A stretch of 64,000 nucleotides of DNA from Octopus vulgaris (lineage: Eukaryota). Positions 12,413 through 24,993 of this stretch are shown in pieces (within the stretch, counting starts at the first letter, position 1; the number at the start of each line of letters is the position of its first letter). The notes beneath the pieces are model-generated. The model was not told where the DNA came from and searched no databases. It saw only the letters and a program-made list of their open reading frames with translations. The position numbers and the translations under genes were made by a program. The stretch spans positions 138,942,001 through 139,006,000 of the forward strand of contig OX597818.1 of the NCBI GenBank assembly GCA_951406725.2. Direction: 5' to 3'.

Positions 12413-12953
12413 ATATTCAATATAAATGTCCAGTACATGATATGCCTAAGAGCAAACAGGAAGGAGAACAAAACAAGTAAATTAGAATTAAAAGAAAAAA
12501 AAAAAAAAAGGTTATTTGTTTATGATGATTGTTGTGCAAGAAAAGAAAATTAAATTGAAAAAAAAAAGACCAAAATCAACAAGAAGCAGACGAAGTAAGA
12601 TAGAGATTAATAGACAGACACATAAGTATAAATAATTATTTACAGTATGTTGATAAATATATTGAGTGTCTGGCTAAATGAAATTGCTGTCCTCTTATCT
12701 GTGAGCTTGTTCTTCAGTTGCATAGGCTTAAAACTGAACCAATACCAAACGAGTGATGAGCTGTCTTTCGGCACCTTTCTCCATATCGTACTCCCTACTG
12801 CAGTGTGATGTGAGAAATATAGAATGGTGCAAATGGTATTGAAGAAAGAAGACTTTATGGTACTCATGTCGCTTGGTCTTGCAAAATATTTCCTAATATC
12901 ACTTTCTATGTGTGTATGTTCACCTGTGTGTGTGTGTGTGTTTTATATATACT

Positions 12954-13168
12954 CTTTACTCTTTTACTCTTTTACTTGTTTCAGTCATTTGACTGTGGCC
13001 ATGCTGGAGCACTGCCTTTAGTTGAGCAACTCGACCCCAGAACTTATTCTTTTGTAAGCCCAGTACTTATTCTATCGGTCTCTTTTGCTGAACCACTAAA
13101 TAACGGGGACATAAGCACACCAGCATCAGTTGTCAAGCAATGCTAGGGGGACAAATACAGACACACAA

Positions 13169-13221
<53 letters not shown>

Positions 13222-13387
13222 TACGACAGGCTTCTTTCAGTTTCCGTCTACCAAATCCACTCACAAGGCTTTGGTCGGCCTGAGGCTATAGTAGAAGACA
13301 CTTGCCCAAGGTGCCATGCAGTGGGACTGAACCCGGAACCATGTGGTTGGTAAACAAGCTACTTACCACACAGCCACTCCTGCGTCT
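12954..13387 (-). mobile_element. SINE family A, full length
   Basis: Reverse complement of family A with (AGTAAAAG)n-like tail. Confidence 0.9.
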
Positions 13388-13395
13388 ATATATAT

Positions 13396-13437
<42 letters not shown>

Positions 13438-13440
<3 letters not shown>

Positions 13441-13725
13441 GTGTCGCTAAAAGAAATGGAGAAACTCTCAAAATACAAAGACCTGGAAATAGAGGTAACT
13501 AGAATGTGGAATCTGAAAACAGAAACAATTCCTATCATAGTAGGTGCATTAGGCATGATAAAAAAAATATTCAGACAAATACATAACAAAAACACCAGGA
13601 CTTACAAACACATATAACATACAGAAAATTGCACTACTAGGCACTGCACACATCCTACGCAGAACACTTTCCATACAATAACCATCACGCTATAAAAATA
13701 AAACGCTATAAAATAAAACTACTGA
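13438..13725 (+). mobile_element. Dong/R4-clade non-LTR retrotransposon 3' fragment in a (TAA)n tract
   Basis: NVSLKEMEKLSKYKDLEIEVTRMWNLKTETIPIIVGALG...IQKIALLGTAHILRRTLSIQ* (one frameshift in an A-run) is the end of a restriction-like endonuclease domain; (TAA)n on both sides. Confidence 0.85.
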
Positions 13726-13743
13726 ATAATAATAATAATAATA

Positions 13744-13788
<45 letters not shown>

Positions 13789-14018
13789 ATTATCATTTGA
13801 GGGAATATTAATCCTAACTTAGAGGGAAAAAATTCAATTTAGAAATATATAGCATAGATGTGGCTGTGTGGTAAGAAGTTTGCTTCCTAAGCATATGGTT
13901 CTTGGTTCAGTCCCACTGCATGGCACTTTGGACAAGTATCTTCTACTAAAGCCTCTAGCTGAACAAAGCCTTGTGAGTGTATTTGGTGAACAAAACCAGA
14001 AGCCTGCCATATATATAT

Positions 14019-14063
<45 letters not shown>

Positions 14064-14812
14064 AATGTGTGTGTGTCTTTGTGTCTGTATTTGTCCCCAC
14101 ACCACCACTTGACAATTGATGCTGGTGTGTTTATGTCCCCATAACTTAGTTTGCCTAAGTTACAAATAGAATAAGTACCAGGTTTAAAAAAATAAGTACT
14201 GGGGTTGAGTCATTCGACTAAAAATCTCTTCAAGATGGTACCTCAGCATGACCAAGGATTAAAGATAGCTGAACACACACACACACACATACACACACAT
14301 CATGGCCATCATCATCATCATAATCATCATCATCCTCCTTTAGCATATGAGTGTGAAGGCTGAAATTTTGGGTGAGTGTTCAGCATGCTCCGAGAGAATG
14401 AGGTTCTTCTAATAACATTAAAGCATATACTAAGAGACAGTTACTTTTTGAGATAAACCTGTTGATTCCTATATCTCCAAATGATTTTCTCTTCTCCAAT
14501 TCTGCAATATCAAAATTTCAGGGAGAATGTCTGAACTGTGTATCTGTTTTTGGTTCCGTTATTGATTTACACAGAGGAGTTTATTTGAATGATACTGCGG
14601 TCTGTCATAATTTCATAAGCTATGAGACATACGTTTTTGTTGGTTTTTTTTGTCTCTTTATTGTTTAGTATTTATATTTATTAACTATCAAAGCATTGTC
14701 ACTTCATTGTGAAGTAAGAAAGATATCCAATTAAATACAAACGGTTAATAAGAGAATCTTTAACTCTTTAATCCTGTGAGTTTATGGTTTAATGGCAATT
14801 GAAACTTTCTGT

Positions 14813-15206
14813 CAATTCAATTCAATTCAATTCAATTTTTATTGGCTCAAAAAGCAAAAGCAAGGCCATGTAGGGGGACTAGGAGGGTGTTCATACAAAG
14901 AGTTCAGGCCATTTCTGGTTAAGTGAGACTTTGAACTGAGCGGTCGTCGGCATCTTCACTATCTCATCCGGCAGCTTATTCCACAGATCCGCAACCCAGA
15001 CGGAGAAAGCCCCTCTCCTTCGATTGAGATGAAATTATCGTAGATAGAGCTTTTCGGAGTGACCCTGCAGCCCACGCTCTGGAGCAGAAGTGAAGAACAG
15101 CTCTTTCGAGAAGTTACACTTTCTGCTTATGATGTTGTGAGCGAGAATGAGATCACCATGGCGGCAGCGTTTTTCGAGAGAATAATGGTCAAGCGTCTTC
15201 AGCCTT
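14813..15206 (-). mobile_element. CR1/L2-type LINE 3' fragment
   Basis: RLKTLDHYSLEKRCRHGDLILAHNI...GLQGHSEKLY...PWNKLPDEIV is an ORF2 C-terminus; (AATTG)n tail. Confidence 0.85.
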
Positions 15207-15442
15207 TTTTTAATAAGACAAATGCTTGAGACCAAGAACCATGGCAGTTCTTTGTTGGATGTTTTTAAGGCAGCAGACAAGATTTAAAAGATATAATGTG
15301 GGGGCTGTGCAAGGGGCAGTCAGCAAGGTGAGAGAATTAGCAATGTGATAAATTTAGGGTGCTGGTGGGAGTACATAAGTTCTCAGCCCCCTCCTATTTA
15401 TTCTAGTCCTCCAAGCCATAACAGAAAATTTAAAATTTGATT

Positions 15443-15600
15443 CCCCTGGTAACTCCAATTTGCTGATGACTTTGCTCTTGTAGTAGTATGTATGGTAGAA
15501 TCAAAGTTTAAATTCCGAAAATGGAAGCAAAATCTGGAATAGAAGAGCCTTAAAGTAAACTTCATGAAAAGAAAAACTTTTGGTAAGTAGTTAAAAAGAC
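15443..15600 (+). mobile_element. RTE-clade LINE RT fragment
   Basis: PW*LQFADDFALV...KFRKWKQNLE*KSLKVNFMKRK resembles the RTE motif PWELLYADDL...WK-LE-GL-VN-KTK. Confidence 0.7.
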
Positions 15601-16524
15601 AAGACCCTTATAGCAACGCTTTTCTCTCTGTCATTGATCTTTCTGTTACTGTTACTTCTGTCACTGTTCCCTCATTCTCCCTAATCTGTTCCCCCAATCA
15701 TAGTGGCTCTGTTCTGCTTTGAAAGCAAAGGGGAACTGAACAGTGTTGGTGTCATGAAAAGCTCTCAGAACTCTCTGAAGTAATTGGTAATTGACTCAAA
15801 CAGTGACAATGCAAAATTTGAGAGGGGTCTTTAATCTTAACAACGGTAAGAGAACCTCTATAGTGTTGGTGCCCTTTCCTCCCCCCAGACTCAGCAACTA
15901 AAAACACTAAATTAAAACAAGCTTTATATTCTGAATCAATAACAGAGCCTTTATACCGTTAGATTCTATTATATATGGCTAAAACACTTAACTTTCAACG
16001 ACAGTCTACCTAGGTACTCTAACAGCAAAATAAAATTTATTAGTTGATTTGGTTTAACACTACTGCCACACTGTCTCAGCTGTATTTAGTGAAATCCACT
16101 CTGTTACGGGCATTCAGGCAAAGTCTGATCTGGGCATAATTTCCTTCCTTCCAAGCCATCAGGTTCTGCAAAAGGTTCTTGGACACTACTCAAATCTCAT
16201 TAGTCTCATCTTCATATCTTAGTATATACCATGATACTATGAGTATGAAAGAGGTTTTGATTTTAAGAAGAGAATTCATTTCTAACACACTATCTCTCTG
16301 CTAACAATTTATCAAATTTGATAAGTTTCTCAGCTAGACAGCTCATAACTAAGGAAAATATTGAAAGAAGAAATGTTTCTAAGATCTTTAAAAGCATTTT
16401 GTTATATTGAAAAATTGGAAATTTGCAATTTTCTAATCAATAATGCATTATGCACCTTATTAATATTTTGTTTCTTTCTTCTGCCTTAATTCTTTGTAAG
16501 ATCTTAATCATGTTTCCTGATATC

Positions 16525-16555
<31 letters not shown>

Positions 16556-17077
16556 TGTTAGTACATTTCATTATCACTATGGGGAAATCAGTAACCAATT
16601 TTGTTTACAAATGCTGCCTTAGCCAGCAGCTAATACAAACCTCCAGTTGTTCCAAGTGATCAACATACACACATGACATTTGCAACCATCATGTGATGAA
16701 ACTAAAGATTTGTAATAAGTGTTATTAGATTCCCTTGTTACTTATTAGCTTTCAATGTAAAAGCTATTATTTTCCTTGAATAAATCTTTAGATTCAACTC
16801 AGTCAAGAACATAATTATTATTTTCTTTTTTTCTCATTTTGCTGAAATCATTTTCACCAGGCTTTAAGACTCTTACATGGCATTGTACTCTGGGGCCATT
16901 CCACTTCTAATAAGATACTTCACTTTGTTTGCCTAATGTTTCTGCTTGTTTTTTTGTTTTTTTTTTATGTGATTGCATTCTGCATTTACACTTAAATACA
17001 TGAATACATCCATATAAATACTCATAAATATAGATGTTTATGTGCCATTGTGTATGTGGCTGTATAAGTGTGTATAT

Positions 17078-17130
<53 letters not shown>

Positions 17131-17581
17131 CACACGTGCGCGCACACACACACACAAACACACATGCACATCTCATCACACTTGGGTCTCTATGTCTGTA
17201 CGAAATGTTATCAAATCATTTCCTATCTAATCTGTCTGTCTTTATTTTACCACAGTATTCCATTCTCAAAGTTTATTGTCTTAGATTGTTATGGTTTTTA
17301 TTCACTTTGCCTACATTTTTATTCCCCATCTTTCCCATCTAAATCTATTCACTTTTCTCAACAAGTAAAAGAGATGAATTTACCGCTATTAGGAGGCCAG
17401 AGATATTCATGTCTGTCAGATACATTAATGTTTTTATCAGTAGTCGATTAAGGATGGCATTTTCCCTCCACCTAGATCTTCCTTCATATTTTCTGTTTAG
17501 ATTCCTTCCTCTCTACCACTCTTTTTTTTTTCTGTGTCTGTGTATGTATTTACATGCTATATAAATACTTGCACAGATGAT

Positions 17582-17622
<41 letters not shown>

Positions 17623-18299
17623 CATTCATGCACACAAACACACGTATCACTATTAGTGTTAGTATCATTTTTTTTGTTTGTTTTTATATTTATATTTTTT
17701 ATACTCGTATTGCTTGCATAGTTAAGATGAATACATTATTGAGGTAATTGTTTTACAACCAGATACCCTTCCTGTTGCCAACCCTTACCTGTTTTTCGTG
17801 TAAGGATTCTCTTTTTCATATTTAATATGTCCTTGAATGTGTGAAATCAGCAGGAGATTCTTCTTCAGCTGACTGAAGAAGGGACAACAACAATATTGTT
17901 TGCAGCGAGCAACTTTCATAGATCCCCGAGTGTAAGCAAACACACTGATACACACATGCATACATTCATATGCCTACTCAAGGTGGTAACCCAGCATGGT
18001 CACAGTCCAATAACTGGAACAAGTATAGAAGATACATGATGCATACATATGCTTGTGTGTACATATGCATGCACACATCTAGTGGGCTTCTTTCAGTTTC
18101 CATCTTCCAAATTTATTCTCATGACTTTTGTTGGTTTGGAGCTATAATAAAACACACTTGCTCAAAGTGCCATGCAGTGGGAATGGACTGAGCCTCAAAT
18201 CATATGGTTATGAAGTGAACTTCTGAGCCACACAATCATATGTGTACCTATTTTCTAATGCTAAAAGGGCTTTGAAATATGACTTATGAAAAAAGTTAA

Positions 18300-18510
18300 C
18301 CCTTTAACATTCAGATTATTCTGTTAAATGTTCATATATATTCACTTTGTTTTGAACTAATCATGCATTATCTCATAGCTATGAGAGTTTGATGATATTA
18401 TTTTCACTTTTATTATGATGTTAGGTAGATGTGAGAGTCCAGATTTGGCCAGTTGGAACATGAAATAAGTAGACTATTTCGGCTGAATTGTAGTAGGTTT
18501 AAATGCTAAT
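18300..18510 (+). mobile_element. piggyBac-like MITE family E (diverged)
   Basis: TTAACCCTTTAACATTCAGATTATTC start and conserved body. Confidence 0.75.
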
Positions 18511-18605
18511 TGTAGCAGGTTTAAAGTAACTGTTTATTTGAAATGTGAAAGAAACAACCTTTCAATGCTACACCTCCACTCTAGTTATGAATAACACAAG
18601 ACTTT

Positions 18606-18770
18606 ACTACACTCACGAAGTGGTTGGCGTTAGGAAGGGCATCCAGCTGTAAAAACACCGCCAGATCTGACTGGCCTGGTGCAGCCTTCGGGCTTCCCAG
18701 ACCCAAGTTGAACCGTCCAACCCATGCTAGCATGGAAAGCGGACGTTAAACGATGATGATGATGATGATG
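18606..18770 (+). mobile_element. Family C retroposon 3' end
   Basis: Shared 3' body and (GAT)n tail. Confidence 0.85.
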
Positions 18771-19820
18771 AATTTCTGATCTATCATGTCAGTCACAGAC
18801 AGATTCACATCATTGAGGCAAAAGAAAATAAACTTGCATCCTATAGTTTAACACTATAAAACTTAAGTTATATTGAATTACTGCTTACAGAAGTGGTACG
18901 TATTGTTGCATACAACCACACATATGTTAGATTGAGTCCAGTAAAAGACCATTGAGGATGATCTCCAAATATTCACTCATCAACACAGGACAACCACTAA
19001 TCCACTGACATAATGTTTCTTTTCTCTGATTTCTTATACTATGATTATGATGGCTTCTGTTCCTCTGATCTAGAAAGCTTCATAACTATCCCAACTGCCT
19101 TATATTGTTTAAACCTTGTTATTGTTCAGTTCCCCTTTGCTTTCAACTTACACAAGGTTTTTTGTGCAAATATGGTACCTGAACATCAGCCACATTAACA
19201 TTGCTTGTCTGGGAGCTGCTGCTAAAAAATGTGGGCTCTCTTCTCCTTTTTTTCATTAAATATCATGATTATAAGGTGGTTTACTACATACACACAACAC
19301 CACACATTTTGGGGTATGGGTGGGTGTATATAGTGAAATCAACTCAAAGCTTGTCTGGTATTTTTTTTTCAACAACTCTAACATAACTAAATATCACAGA
19401 TAATTTGCTTGGTATTCACTCTATTGACTTTGGGGTTAAGGTTAGTCTGTGTCATCAACCCCAGTTCTTGACTGGTACTCTATTTTATCAACTTTGAAAG
19501 GATGAAAGACTGAGTTTATCTCATTGGGCTTTGAACTCAGAAAATAAAGAGCAAGTGATGGTGGTAGCGGATTTTGTATGTTGTAAGCAGCCACTGGCAA
19601 AGTATTTTCGTAAACTGAAATTTAAAAATACCGTATAATTTAACATAGGTACTTTGGTGTAAGTGATTGTTGCCCTCCACTACTACCATGACCACCAACA
19701 ATAAACAACAGCCTTTAGTTTTCTGTTTTTCCTTTTTTTTCTCTTGTTTGTTCTTCCTCTTGTTACTTCCCTTAAGCATTATGCAAAAGATAGGTAGGAA
19801 TTGGTATTGTATTAATATAT

Positions 19821-20053
19821 ATATTTCTTTACTGCCCTCAAGGGGCTAAACATAGAGGGGACAAACAAGGGCAGACAAAGGGATTAAGTCGATTACATCG
19901 ATCCAGTGCGAAACTGGTACTTTATTTATCGACCCCAAGAGGATGAAAGGCAAAGTCGACCTCGGCGGAATTTGAACTCAGAACGAAACGGCAGACGAAA
20001 TACGGCTATGCATTTCGCCCGGCGTGCTAACTTTTCTGCCAGCTCGCCGCCTT
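19821..20053 (-). mobile_element. SINE family D (tRNA-like head; core GCCTTTCATCC-GGGGTCGATAAA-AAGTACCAG)
   Basis: Full copy flanked by attgtattaatatata / attgtatcaatatata duplication. Confidence 0.88.
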
Positions 20054-20589
20054 AATTGTATCAATATATAGATTAATGTATTGTGTCATTTAGTGGAAGG
20101 CATGCTAAACATCACACACACACACACACACTGTTGAATGTGTAACGTTGCTAAGGCCAAAATTCACATTTTTATTCTCTGCAGAAACTTATTCTCGTCT
20201 CACTGTTGTTATAGATTTTAGTGATAAACCAAAAATAGCTATTATGTTTTATGTTCCTTTAAAAAAAGCTCCATTTTTCTGATACTGAAAAAAACGTATT
20301 TATGTTGTGGTTGTTGCCAATTTTTTTGTCATGCAAGAAAGGAATTCTTCACTTTGCCATTAAGTATGATGGTCAGTTGTCTGCTTGTTGGATATTCTCA
20401 GCCTTTTACCAATCTTCCACCAACCTTCACTACTCTTCCGTTGCTAGCATCACCTCAGTTTGTTACCAATGTTATGTTCCACTGTTCTAACACTTTCTGA
20501 AACACTGTTTCTCAACAGTGACTAGATAAACACCTAGAATGATATCTTCAATAATCCTAACTACGAATACATATTGATTTCAGTATTAG

Positions 20590-21165
20590 GTAGGCGTTGA
20601 CCAGCAGACTTGTTAGCATGCTGGGTGAAATACTTAGCGGTATTTTGTCTGAAGGCGGCGAGCTGGCAGAAACGTTAGCACGCCGGGCGAAACGCTTTGC
20701 AGTATTTCGTCCACCGCTGCGTTCTGAGTTCAAATTCCGCCGAGGTTGACTTTACCTTTCATCCTTTCGGGGTCGATAAATTAAGTACCAGTTACGCACA
20801 GGGGTCGATGTAATTGACTTAATACCTATGTCTGTCCTTGTTTGTCCCCCCTATGTTTAGTCCCTTGTGGGTAATAAAGAAACAGGTATTTCGTCTGTCG
20901 TTACGTTGTGAGTTCAAATTCCGCCAAGGTCGACTTTGCCTTTCATCCTTTCGGGGTCGATAAATTAAGTATCAGTTTCGCACTGGGGGTCGATGTAATC
21001 GACTTAATACCTATGTCTGTCCTTGTTTGTCCCCTCTATGTTTAGCCCCTTGTGGGTAGTAAAGAAATAGGTATTTTGTCTGTCTTTATGTCCTGAGTTC
21101 AAATCCTGCCAGGGTTGGCTTTGCCTTTCATCCTTTTAGGGTTGATGTAAATTGACTTAACTACT
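20590..21165 (+). mobile_element. Nested/tandem SINE family D cluster
   Basis: Young dimer 20652-21069 inside an older copy; ggtattttgtctg duplicated at 20639-20651 and 21070-21082. Confidence 0.85.
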
Positions 21166-22567
21166 CCTGAGTAAGAGTATAAAAACTGTGTTCCTCTGCC
21201 TAGCCATGTCGAGCTAGTGTGGCAGAATAGGCTCATCTAACCAGTATGATCTCAAGCTCAAATTCGTGGCCTCCACATCAGACCATGTTTAGTGGAAAGA
21301 ACATGCTGAAGCCTTTGTCCTGACATTCCAATCCAATGACTATTATGTATGCCTATAATTATCCACATCAATACACATGTGCTTACACACACATACACAG
21401 TCAGCAGTTACTCAGAATATTAACGTCATCACCTTCATCATTTTTATGTCTGCTTTCCATGCTAGCATGAGTTGAATGGGTCATCACAGTTGAAGCCATT
21501 TCTTATTGAGAGTTGCTGCTCCCTCTTCATGATGCTTATAAATGTCATTTGATTTTATGGCTGAGTGTACCTTTCCTATTGCCAACCATTTTACAGAGTC
21601 AATATTGCATGCATTTTCTCGTGGCTCCAATACTAGAAAGGTTGAAAGTTGATTTAAAATTATTTAAAATTTACTTCATTAAACCCTTCTACATTTTACT
21701 CCAGCGTTGAACCCCTCATTTCACTCACTTGTCCATGTAACTTTGGTTTATAATCTAAATTGGAACATGGAGTTGCATTCATAGTTTTGAATAAGTACTC
21801 AATACTCAGATGTTTGTTAACGGCTTCTATTTGATTTTCTTCTATAATTGATTCTGTACATTAGTTTCCACTTTATTTATTTAAGCCTGATGATCTATAG
21901 ACACAGTGAAACTTTGGGAATATCTTCAATAACTGATGAGTCATAGAACTGCAACCTGACATGCTCCTCTCTCTCTCTCTCTCTCTCTCTCCTTTTCTCT
22001 CCCTACTCCCCTTTCTCTTCTTTATGTTCATATGTATCTCTCTAAGCAGACCTCCCTTTTGAGACTAAACTCTCTCTTTGATTCCTAAATTCATATTTGC
22101 TGTCTTACATTCAGCCAGAACTATAAATCAAAATCCTTTTTTTTTTTGCATATTTTATTCTAAGGTCACTCATTGCCCCCTATTCTTCAGAAAATCTTAA
22201 ATTCACACATTTGTCAAGCTAACTTTGACTGGTCCTTCATTATTTATCACATGGCTAATTTTCTTTTTCTTTAATTTCTCTCAAGTGTGTTTACGAACTG
22301 TCTGCTTATATATATATATATATGTGTGTATTTATTTCAAACTTATGTATGCCTCAGTTATCTGAACAGCCATTTAAAAATGAAAAGCCAACATTAACAA
22401 GAAATACATATAGGAATAAAAAATTCCTATATGTATTTGGATCCTAACAGAATGCCCCACCCCTGCACACACTGTGAGTGAGTGAGTGTGCGTGTGTGTA
22501 TCTAGTATAAATGCTAGGTGTGGTGTTGTTTAGAAACTGAGAGTAGTTGATGTGAATAAGTTCACAT

Positions 22568-22965
22568 AGATGCAGGAGTGGCTATGTTGTAAGTAGCTTG
22601 CTTACCAACCACATGGTTCCGGGTTCAGTCCCACTGCGTGGCACCTTGGACAAGTGTCTTCTACTATAGCCTCGGGCCGACCAAAGCCTTGTGAGTGGAT
22701 TTGGTAGACGGAAACTGAAAGAAGCCTGTCGTAAATATATGTATATATCTGTATGTGTGTCTGTGTTTGTCCCCCTAGCATTGCTTGACAACCGATGCTG
22801 GTGTGTTTACGTCCACGTAACTTAGCGGTTCAGCAAAGAGACCGATAGAATAAGTACTAGGCTTAGAAAAGAATAAGTCCCGGGGTCGAGTTGCTTGATT
22901 AAAGGCGGTGCTCCAGCATAGCCACAGTCAAATGACTGAAATAAGTAAAAGTGATAAAAGAGAAA
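22568..22965 (+). mobile_element. SINE family A flanked by ~158-bp direct repeats
   Basis: Full copy; 22410-22567 is repeated at 22966-23125. Confidence 0.9.
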
Positions 22966-23733
22966 ATAGGAATAAAACATTTCTATATGTATTTGGATCC
23001 TAACAGAATGCCCCACCCCTACTCACTCTGTGAGTGAGAGAGTGTGTGTGTGTGTGTATCTAGTATAGATGCTAGGTGTGGTGTTGTTTAGAGAATGACA
23101 GTAGTTGATGTGAATAAGTTCACATGGTACTTATTATTTTGGGTTCCACTAAAACCTTTGAATGTATGGATGTATCATAATCTATTCAGTGTGTGTGTGT
23201 GTGTGTTCATTTCCAAATTATTAAGTTCTGTTTCTTCTTGAGCTATTATTGTAATATCTCTGTGCATGCACACACTCATGCGTGTCCATGCACACACACA
23301 CAGTCTCTCAATCTCCTCCCCCCCCTCTCTCTTTTCTCAACAGTCAAAGGATCTCCAGGAAAAAAAAAGAACTGAGATGTTTCTTTATACCATAGAAGGA
23401 AACATTCTCATCTAAGTAAAAAACTGTAAGCCTTTTTACTGCATCAAATCCACCAGTGAGTCAAGTCAAGTATAGACCCTTCAGGGGGAATATAAGGGAG
23501 GGATTTTGATATTCCTGTGTAGCTATCATTAACTATGAAACTTATATGGAGTAGTTTAGCTGGGAGACATCATTAATTTTGTTTCATTAGCCAAAGTTAT
23601 TTTTTTAGGTCAAAGGTTGTGGCATGCAAAGTTCTTTTCAGTTTTCTGTTTTTTTCTTTTTTTTTCTCTCTCTTTGTAGTGTATAAAATATCAACTCTAA
23701 TTCATTTGATACATGTATATAAAGGCATCTTCA

Positions 23734-24013
<280 letters not shown>

Positions 24014-24043
24014 AGAAGTGAACAGCTTGCCCCTTACAGCCAT

Positions 24044-24304
24044 ACATACGCTTAAAGATTTTATATTGAAGCTGAAACTTTACTACTACTTTCAAGTTTC
24101 TGGTCCCCAAGCAATTTCTTATACACACTCACTTGTGTGGATAGGTAGATAGATACAGGATTCATTATATGCTTGTGTTTGAAATTATTATTATTTTTTT
24201 TTGTATATATATATATGTCTGTTATGTATGAAATTGCTTGAGGTTCAGAAACTTGAAAGCAGTAGTAAAGTTTCAGCTTCAGAATAAAATCTTTGGGTGT
24301 ATGT
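24044..24304. repeat. Inverted repeat, ~80-bp arms, ~100-bp spacer
   Basis: aaagattttatattgaagctgaaactttactactactttcaagtttctg...caagcaatttc pairs with gaaattgcttg...cagaaacttgaaagcagtagtaaagtttcagcttcagaataaaatcttt. Confidence 0.9.
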
Positions 24305-24751
24305 AATTGAAACTCATGGTTCAATACCATTGTACAGTACCAAGGCCAAATGTCTTCTACTATATATAGCCTTGGGTCCACCAATACTTTGTGAGTGGAG
24401 TACAGTAAAACGAAACTGTTCTAAATCTCATTCTGTGTGGGTTTTAGTTGGGTTCCTCTATGTCACTTAACTTAGCAGTTTGACAATCAAATGCCAATAA
24501 AAACAGGTACCAGATTAAAATATGTCCTAGAGTTGTTATGTTTTACTAAATGTTAGAGAGTGGTGTCCCAGAAACTCACGCGCACACACACACACACACA
24601 CACACACTGAAGCATAGCTGTACTGTTAAGAAGTTTGCTTCCCAATCGTGGTTTCATGTTTAGCCTCACTTGTGAGTGGATTGGGTAAACAGAAACTGAA
24701 AGAATCCCATCATATATATATATATGTATGTATGTGTATATATATATATAT

Positions 24752-24959
24752 AGTTAGTTAATCCAAACAAGAAAGCACAAAAAAACACAACAACGCGAGG
24801 ACATGAACAAATGTAGTATTATTGGACGCTAAGGAAAGAAGGAGGGTTTAATGTTTCGAGCGGAGCTCTTCGTCAGAAACATAGGACAAGGAAAGATCCA
24901 GAGAAGGGAAGACAGAGGAAAAAGAATCGCCAACAGTACACACAAGGTCACATTTTGAA

Positions 24960-24993
<34 letters not shown>

